A stretch of 55,665 nt of DNA, filler included, from Candidatus Hydrogenedentota bacterium (GTDB lineage Bacteria; JBFMHD01), in assembly GCA_040752395.1 (NCBI GenBank). It is 3 parts of 3 records of this genome, joined end to end, with 100 filler letters (N's around TTAATTAATTAA, not from the genome) between each part and the next. Parts side by side here need not be neighbours in the genome. Positions count along the whole stretch, not along the records: positions 12,530 to 43,139 come from JBFMHD010000007.1; 2 more parts are not named here. The stretch is one strand, 5' to 3'. How positions within the stretch are numbered: the first letter of the stretch is position 1; the number at the start of each line of letters is the position of its first letter. The notes under the pieces are model-generated. The model made no database searches and was not told the origin of the DNA. It saw nothing but the letters and a program-made list of their open reading frames with translations. Shown piece after piece: positions 18,947-27,088 of this stretch. The position numbers and the translations under genes were made by a program.

Positions 18947-20203
18947 TTACTCCCGAACCTGTCCATTACCAAATATTATCCACTTGGGTACAGTCAGTTC
19001 TAAAAGACCCATAGGTCCTCGACAATGAATCTTATCTGTACTTATTCCAACCTCAGCTCCTAATCCGAACTCAAATCCATCTGTAAACCTTGTAGAAGCA
19101 TTTACATAACAAGCCGCTGAATCAACACTATTTACAAATACCCATGCAGTTGTATAATTCTCAGTAATTATGCCATCAGAGTGATGTGAGCCGTATTTTT
19201 CAATATGGTCTATCGCTTCTTCTAAATTCTCAACTATCTTCACTGATAAAATTAAATCAAGATACTCTGTGTGCCAGTCTTCTTCTGTGGCCCTGGATAT
19301 ATTTGGAAACAACTTTCTGGTTTTGGGGCATCCACGTAACTCTACACCAGAGCTGATGAATTTATCTACCATCTTTGGTAAGAATGATTTTGATAAATCT
19401 TTATGCACAAGTAATGTCTCCATAGCGTTACACGTTGCAGGTCTTTGACACTTGGCATTGAGACATAACTCTAATGCCTTTGATTCATCAGCATCTTTAT
19501 CAACATAAATGTGACATATACCCTTATAATGTTTAATAACCGGGATTCTTGACTTTTCTGCCACGGCTCTTATAAGCGATTCACCACCTCGCGGTATAAC
19601 AAGGTTTATATAATTCTCCAGCAGAAGTAATTCCTGGACCAATTCTCTATCAGTACTATCAACAAATATAAGACCATCTTTAGGTAAACCAGCCTCGTTA
19701 AGTGATTCTCTGATTATTTCTGATAAAATTCTGTTTGTATTCATTGATTCTTTTCCACCCCGGAGTATCGCGGTATTCCCTGACTTTATACAAAGAATCG
19801 CAGATTCTATGGTTACATTCGGCCTTGACTCATAAATTATGAATATTACACCTATAGGTACCCTCATTCGGCCGATTTTTAAACCATTGGGTCTTGTCCT
19901 CATATCAAAAATTTCACCCACCGGGTCGGTTAGCATAATAACCTGGTGTACACTCTCTATCATTAATTGAATTTTTTTATCGTTTAACGACAACCTATCA
20001 ATCAAGGCTTTACTCAATTTGTTTTTAACAGCTATTTCTATATCCTTCTCATTCTCTTTTAAAACTTCACTTTTCTTCTGTTCAATCTTCTCTGCAATGA
20101 GTTGTAAAACATTATTCTTTAATTTAGTGTTTGCTGTTCTTATTGTTGGTGAAGCACTCATCGCTCTTTTTGCAATCCGTATCGCTGTTTCCTTTATATC
20201 CAT
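18947..20203 (-). CDS. proA: Gamma-glutamyl phosphate reductase
   Basis: IYESRPNVT, CNAMETLL and VNASTRFTDGFEFGLGAEVGIST motifs. Confidence 0.97.
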   Translation of the reverse strand: MDIKETAIRIAKRAMSASPTIRTANTKLKNNVLQLIAEKIEQKKSEVLKENEKDIEIAVKNKLSKALIDRLSLNDKKIQLMIESVHQVIMLTDPVGEIFDMRTRPNGLKIGRMRVPIGVIFIIYESRPNVTIESAILCIKSGNTAILRGGKESMNTNRILSEIIRESLNEAGLPKDGLIFVDSTDRELVQELLLLENYINLVIPRGGESLIRAVAEKSRIPVIKHYKGICHIYVDKDADESKALELCLNAKCQRPATCNAMETLLVHKDLSKSFLPKMVDKFISSGVELRGCPKTRKLFPNISRATEEDWHTEYLDLILSVKIVENLEEAIDHIEKYGSHHSDGIITENYTTAWVFVNSVDSAACYVNASTRFTDGFEFGLGAEVGISTDKIHCRGPMGLLELTVPKWIIFGNGQVRE

Positions 20204-20309
20204 TTATAACTCCTATGCCTCTTGCTTCTTTTTTCTGATACTTCTTACTTCTTACTTCCCACTTCTTCACTACCTATAACTGAGGTATTACTGATTTATA
20301 CATTTTCTG

Positions 20310-20333
20310 ATTGACTTTTTCAAGATTAAATTT
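20310..20333 (+). repeat. 24-bp direct repeat, left of TA module 2
   Basis: ATTGACTTTTTCAAGATTAAATTT is identical at 21113-21136. Confidence 0.85.
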
Positions 20334-20408
20334 ACATTTAAATTAGTTCTTTTTGTTTTAAAGTGGTCAGTTGGAAAGTAGATTTTTTCAAAGAAATATT
20401 TAAAAAAT

Positions 20409-20437
20409 TTGACAGAGCTATTTATTTTTGATAAAAT
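20409..20437 (+). promoter_or_regulatory. Sigma70 promoter of TA module 2
   Basis: TTGACA-17-TAAAAT with an extended TG. Confidence 0.7.
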
Positions 20438-20454
20438 ATTTGTGAGGTAAAAAT

Positions 20455-20691
20455 ATGGGAAATATAACAGTAGAAGTTCCTGTAAATATTGATATTATTA
20501 TCAAAAAACTTACAATTAAAGATAAAATTGAACTTACTAAAAAACTTGAAAAAATAACAATTGGTAAAAGAATTGATAATCTTCTTAAACGAATCGATTT
20601 TCGCAGTGAAAAGAATCCTATATCTCAAGAAACAATTAATAATGTTATAAAACAAGTTCGCAAAGAATTGTATGGTCAAAGCTGTAGTTGA
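20455..20691 (+). CDS. Putative antitoxin
   Basis: 78 aa ending ISQETINNVIKQVRKELY; overlaps the PIN gene. Confidence 0.7.
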   Translation: MGNITVEVPVNIDIIIKKLTIKDKIELTKKLEKITIGKRIDNLLKRIDFRSEKNPISQETINNVIKQVRKELYGQSCS

Positions 20692-21085
20692 TACGAATAT
20701 CTTCATTTCTGGTTTATTAAATAAAAAAGGAATACCACGAAAAATATTTCTTGCATTTAAAGATGGTAAATTTGAATTAGTCATATCTCCGCAAATCTTT
20801 ACTGAAATCTTAAAAACATTAAATAAACCTGAATTAATTCCATTGATACTATTAGATGACTGTAAAGAGATTTTAATATTTTTAGAAAATTTTGCTACTT
20901 TTGTTTATCCAGAAAAAAAAGTCTATGTTTGCCGTGATATGGCAGATAATATTATGCTTGAATGCGCTGTTACAGGCAAAGTTAATTATATCGTTACAGG
21001 AGACAATGATCTCCTTGATATCCAATCTTTTTGTAAAATCCCGATCGTAACAGCCCATAAATTTTTAAAGGATATTTTGAAATGA
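20672..21085 (+). CDS. PIN-domain toxin (PIN_3 type)
   Basis: VVDTNIFISG, CRDMADN and IVTGDNDLL motifs. Confidence 0.9.
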   Translation: MVKAVVDTNIFISGLLNKKGIPRKIFLAFKDGKFELVISPQIFTEILKTLNKPELIPLILLDDCKEILIFLENFATFVYPEKKVYVCRDMADNIMLECAVTGKVNYIVTGDNDLLDIQSFCKIPIVTAHKFLKDILK

Positions 21086-21112
21086 TGAGGTGTCCTATTT
21101 TTTCTGTTTATA

Positions 21113-21136
21113 ATTGACTTTTTCAAGATTAAATTT
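21113..21136 (+). repeat. 24-bp direct repeat, right of TA module 2 (overlaps a probable promoter)
   Basis: Identical to 20310-20333; forms TTGACT-17-TAAATT before the 21159 gene. Confidence 0.85.
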
Positions 21137-21158
21137 TAAATTCAATTAAGGTGATAAA

Positions 21159-21473
21159 ATGATTATTAACAATATCGTAGGTATCATAATTCTATCTATA
21201 GTGGTTGAAAAAGTTATTAACTTTTTAAAAGGGTTTAAAAAATCTAAATTTTCTTCAAATACTATTAGAATCTTGTCGCTAATACTCGGCATTCTCCTGT
21301 CTTATGCAACAAACCTGGGGCTACTTACATCATTAAATCTTATTAAAACCCCGACTTTATTTAGTTATATTCTTGATATGGTCGTTACAGGAATGATTAT
21401 AGCCCAGGGCAGCCACCTCACTCACGATTTATTTACTTTTATTTATAAATCTTCTAAAGATTTTAAAAACTGA
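21159..21473 (+). CDS. Small three-TM membrane protein (holin-like)
   Basis: Three hydrophobic segments and TGMIIAQGSHLTHDL. Confidence 0.55.
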   Translation: MIINNIVGIIILSIVVEKVINFLKGFKKSKFSSNTIRILSLILGILLSYATNLGLLTSLNLIKTPTLFSYILDMVVTGMIIAQGSHLTHDLFTFIYKSSKDFKN

Positions 21474-21479
21474 AACTTT

Positions 21480-22724
21480 ATGTTAAATAAAAAAATTAAA
21501 ATTCTATATCTTTTAACAAGAGTAAACATCGGCGGTCCTGCGATGCACGTGGCACTAATCACTTCAAAATTAGATAAACAGAAGTTCGACAGCTACGTTG
21601 CCTGTGGACAGCTCGATAAAGATGAAGGGGATATGTCTTATGTTTTTGCAAAACAGAATATCGATTTAATCAAAATACCTGGTCTCGTTCGACCAATCTC
21701 ACTTTTTAATGACCTTGTCGCATTGTTTTCTATCCTGAGATTACTCTTTGTAATACAACCTGATATACTTGATACTCATATGGCTAAATCAGGTTGTATC
21801 GGCCGGTTATCAGCAACTATCTACAATTTAATAAATACGATTTTAGTAAGACCCCATAGAATAAAAAAACTCCATACATTTCACGGACATATCTTTGAAG
21901 CTTATTTCAGTGCATTCAAAACCAGGCTTTTTCTATTTATCGAGAGATTTCTCGCTAATCATACAGAAACTCTCTTCGTTATCTCTAAGACTCAGAAAGA
22001 TGATTTATTAAATAAATATAAAATAGGTATCCAAAAGCAATATCAAAAAATTAATCTCGGACTTGATTTTAATTATCTTGAAAATACTTATCCTGACGAG
22101 AATATAGAACAATGTTTTTCTAATTTTAAAGATAAATTAAAGATCGGTTTTATAGGCAGGCTCGTGGAGGTGAAAGACCCGCTCTTTCTTATAACCCTTT
22201 TAAAAGAATTAAACGATAACATAAAAGAACAAATCCATTTCTTCGTTGCCGGTGACGGCAACCTCAAAGATGAACTTTTAAACAAAATAAAAGAAAATAA
22301 ACTTACAGAATATATAACGTATATCCCCTGGGTTAAAGACCTTAAAACACTATATTCTAACCTCGATTGCGTATATCTCTTCTCTTTAAACGAAGGTACG
22401 CCCATTGTAATACTTGAAGCTTTTTATTTTAATCTCTTTGTCGCATCAACGCCCGTTGGCGGAGTAGTGGATTTATTAAGTACTTCACATAAATTAAATA
22501 TTATTGATGGAGATTTCTTAAAAGTTGATCGGGGCTATCTTGTTAAAAACTATGACGTAAATGCCTGGACAGCCGTTACATTGCATCTAATCAAGGAAAA
22601 GAAAAATAAAAATCTGGCCTTGAAAGAATTTGTCATTAATAATTATTCTATTGAAACACTTGTAAAAAATATGGAAAATTGTTATAATTATTGGGTGGGT
22701 CGAGATGTCTCGACCCCTCACTAA
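21480..22724 (+). CDS. GT4 glycosyltransferase
   Basis: NIGGPAMHV, HTFHGH and SLNEGTPIVILEA motifs. Confidence 0.9.
   Translation: MLNKKIKILYLLTRVNIGGPAMHVALITSKLDKQKFDSYVACGQLDKDEGDMSYVFAKQNIDLIKIPGLVRPISLFNDLVALFSILRLLFVIQPDILDTHMAKSGCIGRLSATIYNLINTILVRPHRIKKLHTFHGHIFEAYFSAFKTRLFLFIERFLANHTETLFVISKTQKDDLLNKYKIGIQKQYQKINLGLDFNYLENTYPDENIEQCFSNFKDKLKIGFIGRLVEVKDPLFLITLLKELNDNIKEQIHFFVAGDGNLKDELLNKIKENKLTEYITYIPWVKDLKTLYSNLDCVYLFSLNEGTPIVILEAFYFNLFVASTPVGGVVDLLSTSHKLNIIDGDFLKVDRGYLVKNYDVNAWTAVTLHLIKEKKNKNLALKEFVINNYSIETLVKNMENCYNYWVGRDVSTPH
22695..22716 (+). repeat. REP-like palindrome at the GT4 3' end
   Basis: GT-GGGTCGAGA-TG-TCTCGACCC, perfect 9-bp arms. Confidence 0.5.
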
Positions 22725-22745
22725 AATATGCAGAGGTGAATTATT

Positions 22746-24242
22746 ATGAAAAATTATGTGGTCTTATTTTTATCCCTGTTTTTTATGTCCTTAATCGCCT
22801 GCGGAAGTGATACCACTCCCCAAACAACTAAGATAAGATATCCAGCTGTTTCTGGCTTATGGTATCCTTCAGATAAACAACAACTTGAATCACTTGTGGC
22901 TAAGTTATTAAATCAGAATAAAGTTGATGTAAAAATTGAGGGAAAAATTATCGGTTTAATCTCGCCACATGCTGGATTCAGTTATTCAGGCGGCGTTGCT
23001 GCTTGCGGGTATAATCTTTTAAAAAATAAAAAATACAAAACTGTCGTTGGTGTTGGTTTAAGCCACAGATACCCGCTCAATGATGTGTCAATACTTGAAG
23101 AAGATATTTATAGAACACCGCTTGGCGATGTCTTGATCGATAAAGATTGGGTAAAAAAAATTAAAACTAAACTACCCAGCTTAAAATATGTAAAAGATGC
23201 GCATATAAAAGAGCATTCCATAGAAGCTCAAGTCCCGTTCTTACAGGCTGTTCTCTCGGATTTTAAATTAGTAGAAGTGCTCGTTAATAGAATAACAGAT
23301 GAAAATATGAAAACGATTAACACAATATTTGAAGAGGCTTATAAAGATAACTGTTTAATAATTGTATCAACTGATCTATCTCATTACCATCCGTATGTTA
23401 CTGCCTGTGAAAAAGATTCAGAAACAATAAAATTTGTTCTTAATAAAGATTTTAATGGACTAATTGAATCGATGCAAAAAGGATATACTGAGGCCTGCGG
23501 CTCTGCGGCTCTGGTCGGCATAACGATGTTTATTAATAAATTTAAGTTAAAGCCAACTCTTGTAGAGTATAAAAATTCAGGTGATGTAACAGGTGACTTC
23601 GATCGCGGGGTCGTTGGTTATGCCTCTATTGTATTAATTGATGAAACAAAAAAAGAAGAGACAGCAATCCCCTCAGAACTTGAAGAAATAAATTATCTTA
23701 CAGAAGAAGAAGAGAGAATACTGCTTGGGATAGCACGAGAGACACTCAGACAATGGGTTCTTGAAGATAAGAAATATAATCCACCACTGCCTTCAGAAGA
23801 AAAACTTAAATCAGATGGCGCTTGTTTTGTTACTCTTACAAGAGACGGTCAATTACGTGGCTGTATCGGCCACATAATCGGTCGAGAACCGCTGTATCTT
23901 TCCGTGAGAGATAATGCCATCGCTGCTTCGAGCGAAGATTATAGATTCCCGCCTGTCTCAAAATCTGAATATGATAACATACATATTGAAATATCTGTTA
24001 TGACACCTTTACAAAAGGTGAGTTCGATAGATGAGATTAAGGTTGGTCGTGATGGACTCGTTCTACGAAAAGGCCGTAATCAGGGCGTTTTCCTGCCACA
24101 GGTCCCGGTTGATTGGAAATGGGATCTATATACCTATCTCGACCAATTATGTAGAAAAGCAGGTCTGCCTGCTGGTGAATGGAAATCCAAAGATACAGAG
24201 ATATATAAATTCCAGGCCCAGGTCTTTGAAGAAGACCACTAA
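22746..24242 (+). CDS. AmmeMemoRadiSam protein B (Memo) - protein A (AMMECR1) fusion with lipoprotein signal
   Basis: PHAGFSYSG, EHSIEAQVPF, STDLSHY and VGYAS motifs, then FVTL...LRGCIG, DYRF and GVFLPQV; lipobox LIAC. Confidence 0.9.
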   Translation: MKNYVVLFLSLFFMSLIACGSDTTPQTTKIRYPAVSGLWYPSDKQQLESLVAKLLNQNKVDVKIEGKIIGLISPHAGFSYSGGVAACGYNLLKNKKYKTVVGVGLSHRYPLNDVSILEEDIYRTPLGDVLIDKDWVKKIKTKLPSLKYVKDAHIKEHSIEAQVPFLQAVLSDFKLVEVLVNRITDENMKTINTIFEEAYKDNCLIIVSTDLSHYHPYVTACEKDSETIKFVLNKDFNGLIESMQKGYTEACGSAALVGITMFINKFKLKPTLVEYKNSGDVTGDFDRGVVGYASIVLIDETKKEETAIPSELEEINYLTEEEERILLGIARETLRQWVLEDKKYNPPLPSEEKLKSDGACFVTLTRDGQLRGCIGHIIGREPLYLSVRDNAIAASSEDYRFPPVSKSEYDNIHIEISVMTPLQKVSSIDEIKVGRDGLVLRKGRNQGVFLPQVPVDWKWDLYTYLDQLCRKAGLPAGEWKSKDTEIYKFQAQVFEEDH

Positions 24243-24303
24243 AGGCAATGGTGGCAAAGAAAGACTGTAATCCGTCAGTTATTGGTGCGGTAGAATTTAC
24301 TTA

Positions 24304-24458
24304 AGAAGCAAGAAGCAAGATAACAGAAGAAGTGAGAAGTATCAGGACGGGCTACAGGCTACGGGCTACGGGCTACAGCCGGCTGAAGCCTGTAGTCTGT
24401 AGCCTGAAGCCAACATCCTTTAAAAAATTCAGAATGCCGAAATAATCTTTCAATCTTT
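24304..24458 (+). repeat. About 155-bp composite repeat with a heptamer hairpin; inverted copy at 26857-27004
   Basis: Direct reverse-complement comparison of the two regions. Confidence 0.9.
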
Positions 24459-24510
24459 GAATCTTTGTGCCTCTGTGCCTAATGGTAGTATGGTTTCCAC
24501 CGAAGACTGA

Positions 24511-24599
24511 GAACGTGTGAAAAAATTAGACTTTTTCAGAAAACAGGGGCTGATAATAAAAGAGTTGCCCGGTATTAATGACGATTATTTCACACGTTC
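24511..24599. mobile_element. 89-bp MITE with terminal inverted repeats and target duplication
   Basis: GAACGTGTGAAA...TTTCACACGTTC flanked by TGA on both sides. The matching empty site AAGACTGAGGGAAT is at 41437-41450. Confidence 0.75.
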
Positions 24600-24760
24600 T
24601 GAGGGAATACCAAAGACTTATTTTTTCACTTGATTAAAACTAATAAAGTTATTAAAATTTTAAATAAGGTGTCGGGGAGTTGAGACTCCTTATTCTGAAG
24701 CCTCTGACCCTAAACAAAGTATAAGGAAAAGAGAACGAAGAATCTCGAAATGAGGATGCT

Positions 24761-25468
24761 ATGTCAGGAGAATCTATTTTAATAATTGAACCAAGTGAAC
24801 CTTTATTGCAAGTAATTAGTTATAACCTAAAAAAACGGAAATATAATATTATTTCAACAACTACAGGTAAAGAGGGTTTTAATTTATTAGAATCGCTCGG
24901 AAGAGTTGATCTAATTTTAATTAATTCTATTCTGCCTGATATTGGTGGGATTGAATTGGGGAAAAAAATTAAAAGTTCTTATCCTTCTATACCCATAATA
25001 ATACTATCTGCGGTCTGCATAAAAGAAGAGATCATAAAAGCTAGCCGTGCTAATATCCGCAATTTTATAACATTCCCTTTTTTACTTGAAGAGATGCTTG
25101 AAAAAATAGATAATGTCCTTAAAGAAAAAGGCGATGAGAATTATTCGGTTATCAATATTGGCAAGAAAACCGTTGTTGTACTTAAGGAAAGTCTTGACCA
25201 TTTCTTTTCGAACAGATTAAAAAATATCTTGAACGATCTTATAAATTCCACTCAATACAATATTATCATTGACCTGAGTGAAGCTGATTTTTTAGCACAT
25301 CAGAACCTTGTTGTATTAATCTCTGCTTCAGAAAAGATCCTACATTTAGGTGGGAGTATAAAAATCGTTGGTATAAATGAAGACATTCAGAAGATGTTCA
25401 AAAAAGCAAAACTTGAGACATATTTTAAGATATACCCTACCAGAGCAGATGCTTTAAGAGCCAGTTGA
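24761..25468 (+). CDS. Receiver-domain + STAS (anti-anti-sigma-like) protein, both degenerate
   Basis: REC fold (VDLILINSILPDIGGIEL, IPIIILSA) plus STAS (IIIDLSEADFL...IYPTRADAL). Confidence 0.8.
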   Translation: MSGESILIIEPSEPLLQVISYNLKKRKYNIISTTTGKEGFNLLESLGRVDLILINSILPDIGGIELGKKIKSSYPSIPIIILSAVCIKEEIIKASRANIRNFITFPFLLEEMLEKIDNVLKEKGDENYSVINIGKKTVVVLKESLDHFFSNRLKNILNDLINSTQYNIIIDLSEADFLAHQNLVVLISASEKILHLGGSIKIVGINEDIQKMFKKAKLETYFKIYPTRADALRAS

Positions 25469-25524
25469 ATCTTTTAATTTTTGTGCCTTAGGAACAGTTT
25501 TTTCAAAAATCTGTGAAAATCTAC

Positions 25525-25553
25525 TTGACAAAACTAAAACGATTTAGTAAAAT
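25525..25553 (+). promoter_or_regulatory. lacI-family gene promoter with operator ACTAAAACGATTTAGT
   Basis: TTGACA-17-TAAAAT; the one-mismatch palindrome at 25533-25548 lies in the spacer. Confidence 0.85.
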
Positions 25554-25665
25554 ATAAATATAACTACATTATAAATTAAAAAATTGAAAGATTATTTCGG
25601 CATTCTGATTGCCTCTTGCTTCTACTTGATATTATTATAGTTACAATGTTTTTCAGAGGAGAGCT

Positions 25666-26685
25666 ATGAACATAAACCCCAGAAAATTAAGTATTGAAGA
25701 TATAGCTAAAAAAGCCAGGGTCTCGGTGACTACCGTCTCTTTTGTATTAAATAATAACCCATCAATAAGCGAAAAAACAAGAAAAAAGGTACTCAAAATT
25801 ATTAAGGACGTGGGCTATTACCCTAATATTAATGCCCGAAGCCTATCCTCACAAAAAACTAATACCATAGCAGTCGTTGTTCCTGAGTTGACTCACATCT
25901 TTGAAGACCCATATTTCTCACGAGCTGTAAGCGGTGTCTATGATACGGTTGAAAAAGCATCTTATAGACTCTTGCTAAAAAAAGCATCTCTTGAGTTCGC
26001 AGTAAATAAAGAATACCTGAAACTCTTCTTTAGAAAAGAGATCGACGGTATAATATATGTGGGCTCCACTCTGCGAGACTTCTATCTTGGCGATTTTAAT
26101 AAATACCCATTCCCTTTTGTTCAGATTAATAGTTTCTCTTATAATGAAAATATACCATACGTAATGGTTGATAATCATAAAATCGGTTATCTCGCTACAG
26201 AATACCTCATTAAATCAGGTTGTAAAAATATTACGCATATAGCTGGTTCAATGGATACCACCTCTGGTATCGAACGTCTTGACGGTTTCTTAGAAGCAAT
26301 GAAAAGATATAATATCTCTCTTAATAATCATTCAATCATTGATGGCGGTTTTACACAAGCTGATGGTTATAATGGCGTGAAACGGATCTTCAATAATAAT
26401 TATAAAGTTGATGGTATCTTTGCTACAAATGATCTCGTAGCTATCGGCTGTCTTGGTGCACTCAGAGAACTAAATATAAAAGTTCCTGATAATGTCTCGG
26501 TTATCGGTGCTGATAATATCGAACAATCTGCTATCACTAACCCGCCTCTCTCAACCGTGGATATGCCCACTTATGAGATGGCAAAAAGAGCAACTGAATT
26601 ATTACTTGAAGCCATAGAAAACAAAACTAAAGTAAAGAGTAAGGTATTTGAGCCAGAACTCGTTATCCGTAAAAGTACAAGATAA
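25666..26685 (+). CDS. LacI/GalR-family repressor
   Basis: SIEDIAKKARVSVTTVSFVLN HTH, YYPNINARSL hinge and a sugar-binding domain. Confidence 0.96.
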   Translation: MNINPRKLSIEDIAKKARVSVTTVSFVLNNNPSISEKTRKKVLKIIKDVGYYPNINARSLSSQKTNTIAVVVPELTHIFEDPYFSRAVSGVYDTVEKASYRLLLKKASLEFAVNKEYLKLFFRKEIDGIIYVGSTLRDFYLGDFNKYPFPFVQINSFSYNENIPYVMVDNHKIGYLATEYLIKSGCKNITHIAGSMDTTSGIERLDGFLEAMKRYNISLNNHSIIDGGFTQADGYNGVKRIFNNNYKVDGIFATNDLVAIGCLGALRELNIKVPDNVSVIGADNIEQSAITNPPLSTVDMPTYEMAKRATELLLEAIENKTKVKSKVFEPELVIRKSTR

Positions 26686-26802
26686 TATAAGTTTTTAACT
26701 ATTATAATGTTAAGGGGGAAAAATTCCCTATTAAAGATTTTGCACTAAATACTTGATGTTATGATTTTCTGATGTAGCACACAAAAAATTGCTAAAATCT
26801 AC

Positions 26803-26831
26803 TTGACAAAACTAAAACGTTTTAGTAAAAT
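26803..26831 (+). promoter_or_regulatory. Promoter of the giant glycosidase with perfect LacI operator ACTAAAACGTTTTAGT
   Basis: TTGACA-17-TAAAAT; perfect 16-bp palindrome with central CG at 26811-26826. Confidence 0.88.
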
Positions 26832-26856
26832 ATAGATATAACTACATTATAAATTA

Positions 26857-27004
26857 AAAGATTGAAAGATTATTTCAGCATTCTGAATTTTTTAAAGGAT
26901 GTTGGCTTCAGGCTCCGGGCTTTTGACTCCAGCCGGCTGTAGTCCGTAGCCTGTAGCCTGTCCTGATACCTCTCACTTCTTCCGTTATCTTGCTTCTTGC
27001 TTCT
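26857..27004 (-). repeat. Composite repeat, inverted copy of 24304-24458
   Basis: Same module order, with the AGCCGGCT-centred hairpin. Confidence 0.9.
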
Positions 27005-27088
27005 ACTTGATATTATTAGAGTTACAATGTTTTTCGAAAGAGTTAAATTAAAAATTAGGAGACAGAAGAGAGGTAACTCCTGAACTCC

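Noticed and set aside
24304-24480. Possible CRISPR array in the repeat mosaics
   Set aside because: No constant repeat with unique equal-length spacers, and no cas genes.
26773-26796. CIRCE-like TAGCAC...TGCTAA
   Set aside because: Spacing and arms do not fit TTAGCACTC-N9-GAGTGCTAA.
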